From: an uncultured Chloroflexia bacterium
Lineage (GTDB): Bacteria; Chloroflexota; Anaerolineae; Anaerolineales; UBA4823
Direction of reading: 5' to 3'
DNA: 64,000 nucleotides
NCBI GenBank assembly: GCA_963725685.1
Contig: CAVRYZ010000006.1
Coordinates: 10,684-74,683, forward strand
The notes under the pieces are model-generated. The model did no database searches and had not been told where the DNA came from. It saw nothing but the letters and a program-made list of their open reading frames with translations. Positions 59,825 through 64,000 of this stretch are shown here, piece by piece (position 1 is the stretch's first letter; each line of letters begins with the position of its first letter). The position numbers and the translations under genes were made by a program.

Positions 59825-60987
59825 TCTTTCACCCGCACGCGTTTGACAATATTATCAGCCAGCTTGGCGAATTGTTGGGAGGTTAAATTATCGGGATGCT
59901 GCATAACAAGAGGAACATTCGCTTTTGAACACTGATAAGTCAGCTCAGGTGCGGCGGTAAAGACGATACTGATCGGGTGCCGGTAGTCCATTTGGACTTG
60001 TGCCAGGGTGTACTGCATTTCGGTACGTTGGCGATTATATAGGACTGTATTGACCCTGCCTTCTCCAAACCCCTTTTTTGCCAGTTCATCGACTAAGGCT
60101 AAAGTTCGCAGGATGGTATTTGGAATGGGCTCCAGGACGACAATGATTTCATCGCAATGAGCCAGGATTCGATCTGTTACCGGTGGAATTCCAGGTCCCA
60201 GATCAATCACAATGTGACCTGCCATGTAAGCCAGGTAGCGCGAAATCGCTTCAAAATGATCCACTGCGTTGAGAAATTTGGCATCCGCAGGATTATACGA
60301 GGCTACCAATAGCCTCACGCCTGATTTGTGAAGGTAAAGCTCACTATCGATGGAGGTTTGATTGATGTCTTCAGGTGAAGCTTCTAACAAGCGGCTTAAA
60401 CCTTCAGGATTCAGAAATCCGAGATCTAACCCCATACTTCCAAAGCCGGGACGAAATTCTGCAATAATTACATTCTTTTTGCTGCGATCCTGCAGGCTAA
60501 TCCCTAAATTCATTGCCAGTGTAGAGATACCCAGGCCGCCTTTTACCCCCAATACCCCAGTTACGTACCCGCGATTTCTTGAAGTCGGTGGAGGTGGAAC
60601 AGGCATGCTGGGTTTTTTCCCGCGCGCAATCACGGCCTTGACATGGGCAAACAACTCTCGCGGCTGGGTGGGTTTGGTGAGGTAGTCGTCTGCCCCGGCT
60701 TCAAATCCTTCCACTTTATCGTCCACCTGGGTCTTGGCGGTGAACATGATGATGGGAATTGGATTGGTAGCTGGATCAGATCGCAACTTACGTGCTACCT
60801 CATAGCCATCCATATCGGGCATCATGATATCGAGCAGGATTAAATCTGGTTTATCGGTCTGAGCCATTGCGATGGCCTGGATCCCACTATTGGCTGCATT
60901 GATACGATACCCCTGGTGTTGTAACATCAACCCAACCAAACGTAAAGTATCCAGATCATCATCGACGACGAGGATTTTTTCCAGCAT
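59821..60987 (-). CDS. response regulator receiver fused to CpaE/MinD-like ATPase
   Basis: VVDDD, LDIMMP, KP; then GVKGGLGIST deviant Walker A. Confidence 0.85.
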   Translation of the reverse strand: MLEKILVVDDDLDTLRLVGLMLQHQGYRINAANSGIQAIAMAQTDKPDLILLDIMMPDMDGYEVARKLRSDPATNPIPIIMFTAKTQVDDKVEGFEAGADDYLTKPTQPRELFAHVKAVIARGKKPSMPVPPPPTSRNRGYVTGVLGVKGGLGISTLAMNLGISLQDRSKKNVIIAEFRPGFGSMGLDLGFLNPEGLSRLLEASPEDINQTSIDSELYLHKSGVRLLVASYNPADAKFLNAVDHFEAISRYLAYMAGHIVIDLGPGIPPVTDRILAHCDEIIVVLEPIPNTILRTLALVDELAKKGFGEGRVNTVLYNRQRTEMQYTLAQVQMDYRHPISIVFTAAPELTYQCSKANVPLVMQHPDNLTSQQFAKLADNIVKRVRVKE

Positions 60988-61094
60988 GAGGCTTACTCCC
61001 TACGATTGAAAAATTTCAACAAATATCCCAATAATATTATCATCCTGCAATATAAAACAGTGATAATTCATTATACGCTATAATTTATTTTAAG

Positions 61095-62531
61095 ATGCTT
61101 GACAAAATTGATAGTATTCTACAACGCGATTGTTTGCTGACCAGGGATAATTTACTGCTGGTGGGTGTGTCAGGTGGACCCGATAGCCTGACCCTGCTTC
61201 ACAGTGTGCACAAGTTGGGATACCCAATCACTGCTGCCCACGTCAATCACGCCTTGCGTCCCGAAGCAGATCAGGAAGAGCAAATCGTTAAGCAATATGC
61301 AGCCCAATTGGGGATTGATTTTATTGCGTGCCACATGGATGTGAAGTCTTTTGCCGGGAATCATTCGATTTCTATTGAAGAATCTGCCCGGATATTACGT
61401 TATCGCTATCTCTTTGAACAGGCTGAGAAGATCCAAGCGAGTGCTGTCCTGGTGGGTCATAATGCAGATGACCAGGTCGAAACCATTCTGATGCATCTAT
61501 TACGTGGCTCTGGGCTGAGTGGTTTACGAGGCATGGATTACTTTTTGTTGCCAAATCCATGGAGCGAACATATCCCCCTTGTCCGTCCATTATTGTCTAT
61601 CTCGCGGGAAGAAATCTTGATCTACCTGGCTGAAAATGAGCTGGATTTTGTATCGGATAACAGTAACCTGAATACTACATTTTTCCGCAACCGATTGCGA
61701 CATGAATTACTGCCCATCCTCGAAAGGTTCAGCCCCAATATTCGTGAGAACTTGCTGCGGGCAGGAATAATCATGCGAGATGATTACTCGATTATCCAGC
61801 AGCTGGTTGGCGATGCATGGGACAGAACCCTCCGCAGGCAAGGACCGGGGTATCTGGAAATCGACCTGGCTGGTTACTTGGAATTATCCCCTTCCATCCA
61901 GCGCTATCTCTTGAGAAAAGCGATCGCTTGCTTTCTCCCCGGTTTAAGGGATGTGGAATTTGATTGTATTGAACGAGGTTTGGGTTTTCTATCGGAACCT
62001 AAACCGCGCGGTCAGGTTGATCTGATAGCAGGATTATGCATTATCAAAGAAGGGGATACATTTTGGTTGGCTAATGGGATAGATGCACTGCCATTATCTG
62101 ATTATGCGATGGTCCAGTGCGGGGTTCAATATACTCTTGAAATTCCTTCGACGCTGTATTTAGCTAACGGTTGGGAGCTGCATGCCGAGGAAGCACCTGA
62201 CCCGGTTCTGGCATTTCAATTAAGTAATACCAACGTGGATAATAACCAAGCATGGTTGGATGCCGGAGAAATCAGCATGCCGATGGTCGTTCGCTGCCGC
62301 AAATCCGGTGATCGATTCAAACCGCTAGGGATGAATGGCCATTCGATGAAAGTCTCTGATCTGATGATCAATCTCAAGCTGCCCAGAAGGGCACGCCGCT
62401 CGTGGCCGCTGGTCTGCTCTGGCGCAGATATTTTATGGATCCCCGGTTATCGCCAAAGCCACCTGGTACAGGTAAAGCCAGGCAGTCGGCTGGTGGTTCA
62501 CTTATTCTTGAGCAAGATCACCAGCACCTAG
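61095..62531 (+). CDS. tilS: tRNA(Ile)-lysidine synthetase
   Basis: VSGGPDS, NHALR, GHNADDQVET, RPLL, RNRLR. Confidence 0.96.
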   Translation: MLDKIDSILQRDCLLTRDNLLLVGVSGGPDSLTLLHSVHKLGYPITAAHVNHALRPEADQEEQIVKQYAAQLGIDFIACHMDVKSFAGNHSISIEESARILRYRYLFEQAEKIQASAVLVGHNADDQVETILMHLLRGSGLSGLRGMDYFLLPNPWSEHIPLVRPLLSISREEILIYLAENELDFVSDNSNLNTTFFRNRLRHELLPILERFSPNIRENLLRAGIIMRDDYSIIQQLVGDAWDRTLRRQGPGYLEIDLAGYLELSPSIQRYLLRKAIACFLPGLRDVEFDCIERGLGFLSEPKPRGQVDLIAGLCIIKEGDTFWLANGIDALPLSDYAMVQCGVQYTLEIPSTLYLANGWELHAEEAPDPVLAFQLSNTNVDNNQAWLDAGEISMPMVVRCRKSGDRFKPLGMNGHSMKVSDLMINLKLPRRARRSWPLVCSGADILWIPGYRQSHLVQVKPGSRLVVHLFLSKITST

Positions 62532-63413
62532 TTTTTGCAACTTCAGTCTTACTTCACGCCACTGGATCTTGGATAGGCCCATTTTTTGGCGTACTTTATT
62601 GGATTCCATCCCCGATCGGAGATCATTCAGGGCACAGGTCCAGCGGCACATTTCAAATGAGAGATGTTTGGATAAGCCTGCTTCTTCACCGAGATCCTCC
62701 AGCAGGTATTCCAACCGGCGCTGTGACCATGGGAAAAGGCGATCTCCGGCCTGGTACTGACCTTTATACTCATCATATGCCTGGATCCAATCCTCGGAGA
62801 TAGAAATCTTGCGTTCTTTATAACGGTGTTGTGGGCTGGCATAGCGCACGAACAGGAACGGACCTCCCGGCGCATCCAGATCGATGTGGTTGGCACTGAG
62901 CGCAAGGCATTCACTTTTCTTGATCCCGGTTTCCAACAGCAAGTCTAGCAATGTGAAGTAGCGTGCATCCGGCTGCTGGGCGTTGCGATGTTTACGCGCC
63001 ACTTCGAGCACGGATTGGGTTTCATCTTCCGTGAGCACCTGGGGTAACGGGCTGATCACCGACTGCTGCAGCACTTTTTCGCCCGGGTCCAGCAGGATCA
63101 CCCCATACTGGGTCAGCCACCTGAAAAATGCTTTTATTGAAGTGATGCGACGGGCGAGGGTTTTGGGGCTGCAAGGCACCCCGCGAGATTTCTGCATCCA
63201 GTCCAGGAAGTTATTCAGTTCATTGGTGGTAATGGCTCCCAGTGGGCGGTCGGGGGGTAGAAAACTGGCCAGCAGCAGCATATCCGCCACAAATGCCTTG
63301 ACCGTGTGGGGCGACTTCCCCTGGTCATTCAAGTAAATCCGCCAGGAATTAATTGCCGGAATCAAGGATGTGCGGGCAGTGATATGGGAAGGGATTTTAG
63401 TATCTGGGCTCAT
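62502..63413 (-). CDS. XerC/D-like tyrosine recombinase homologue with degenerate active site
   Basis: SAM-like N domain (SPHTVKAF, TLARRITSIKAFFRWL), LP.VL, ETGIKKSE; RBS GAGGA before ATG 63413. Confidence 0.8.
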   Translation of the reverse strand: MSPDTKIPSHITARTSLIPAINSWRIYLNDQGKSPHTVKAFVADMLLLASFLPPDRPLGAITTNELNNFLDWMQKSRGVPCSPKTLARRITSIKAFFRWLTQYGVILLDPGEKVLQQSVISPLPQVLTEDETQSVLEVARKHRNAQQPDARYFTLLDLLLETGIKKSECLALSANHIDLDAPGGPFLFVRYASPQHRYKERKISISEDWIQAYDEYKGQYQAGDRLFPWSQRRLEYLLEDLGEEAGLSKHLSFEMCRWTCALNDLRSGMESNKVRQKMGLSKIQWREVRLKLQKLGAGDLAQE

Positions 63414-63708
63414 GGGTTCCTCACATTCAAGTGCGCATAGTTTGTTCGTATAGTCAATTTCGCATAGTATAATATCCTGTTTGTAATTTGTCAATGGCTT
63501 GTCCCTTATTGTCAAGGCAAAGTAGAGATGTCCCCTTTTTCAAGGGTTGATAACGCTTTTTAGTCTGTGCCATGGGTAAGAATCTCTTGAATGGGTTCGC
63601 CATTGAGATGACTGCCATAATGGCGCCAGGTAGATTAGGAGCAGATGGTTTGGGGATTTTTGTTCGATTGAGCATACCGATTTTTCGTGCGCAACCCAGC
63701 GTATAGTA

Positions 63709-63844
63709 AACCTGCCAACCTGCCAACGTTCCTACGTGTCAACTTGTCAACGTGCTAACGTGCCAACGTGTCAACTTGTCAACCTGTGAACATGCCCATG
63801 TGTAAACCTGCCAGCGTTCCAACTTTCCAACGTTTGAACGTTTA
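63709..63844. repeat. degenerate 8-bp tandem repeat array, 17 units, consensus AACNTGYC
   Basis: aacctgcc aacctgcc aacgttcc tacgtgtc aacttgtc aacgtgct aacgtgcc aacgtgtc ... aacgttta, all in phase. Confidence 0.9.
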
Positions 63845-64000
63845 TCACCCCGCCAACCCGAGCTCAGGCGCTACCGTCCGCATGGCCAGGATGACGTTCC
63901 CCACATGCTCCCACAGCTCAAGACCGAATTCCTGGGTAGCCTTGGCAATCTCCTCCCGGTTGGCACCCGCAGCAAAGGTCTTGTCCTTCCACTTTTTCTT
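63845..64000 (-). CDS. C-terminus of a probable HD-superfamily hydrolase (starts beyond window)
   Basis: Manual translation KKKWKDKTFAAGANREEIAKATQEFGLELWEHVGNVILAMRTVAPELGLAG*. Confidence 0.65.
   Translation of the reverse strand, partial: KKKWKDKTFAAGANREEIAKATQEFGLELWEHVGNVILAMRTVAPELGLAG

Noticed and set aside
62502-63515. Prophage or integrative element boundary
   Set aside because: Recombinase lacks catalytic residues; neighbours are housekeeping genes; no att repeats or tRNA seen
63454-63726. 90-aa ORF upstream of recombinase homologue
   Set aside because: Starts inside the repeat array, with no RBS or recognisable motif
63709-63844. CRISPR array
   Set aside because: Units are 8 bp and contiguous, with no unique spacers

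Overview
This is a gene-dense, core-chromosomal window from a bacterium whose gene set and protein style suggest Chloroflexota, probably Anaerolineae (inference). Housekeeping content: rpsG (partial), rpsL, rpoB with no adjacent rpoC, era, ssb, nadK, recN, polA, rho, parAB, jag-yidC-yidD-rnpA-rpmH, mutL, tilS and two ECF sigma/anti-sigma pairs. Mobile and repeat elements: an intact 1360-bp IS with IRs and a 6-bp target duplication, a ~215-bp MITE-like element and a 17-unit octamer array. Main observations: (1) a CRISPR-independent Cas4-like nuclease split into two separately membrane-anchored polypeptides, in a gene run with a translin-family nuclease, nadK and recN; (2) a selenoprotein missed by the ORF track (in-frame TGA in a U-P-Y-C redox motif with a SECIS-like hairpin); (3) a single protein carrying both an LPxTG substrate module and a sortase; (4) apparently catalytically dead PBP and tyrosine-recombinase homologues; (5) a structured ssb leader with a LexA-like box; (6) three single-base frameshifts (rpoB, a peptidase-S51-like gene, a DNA methyltransferase) that are most likely sequencing errors. 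All product calls come from motif recognition by eye; no searches were run.
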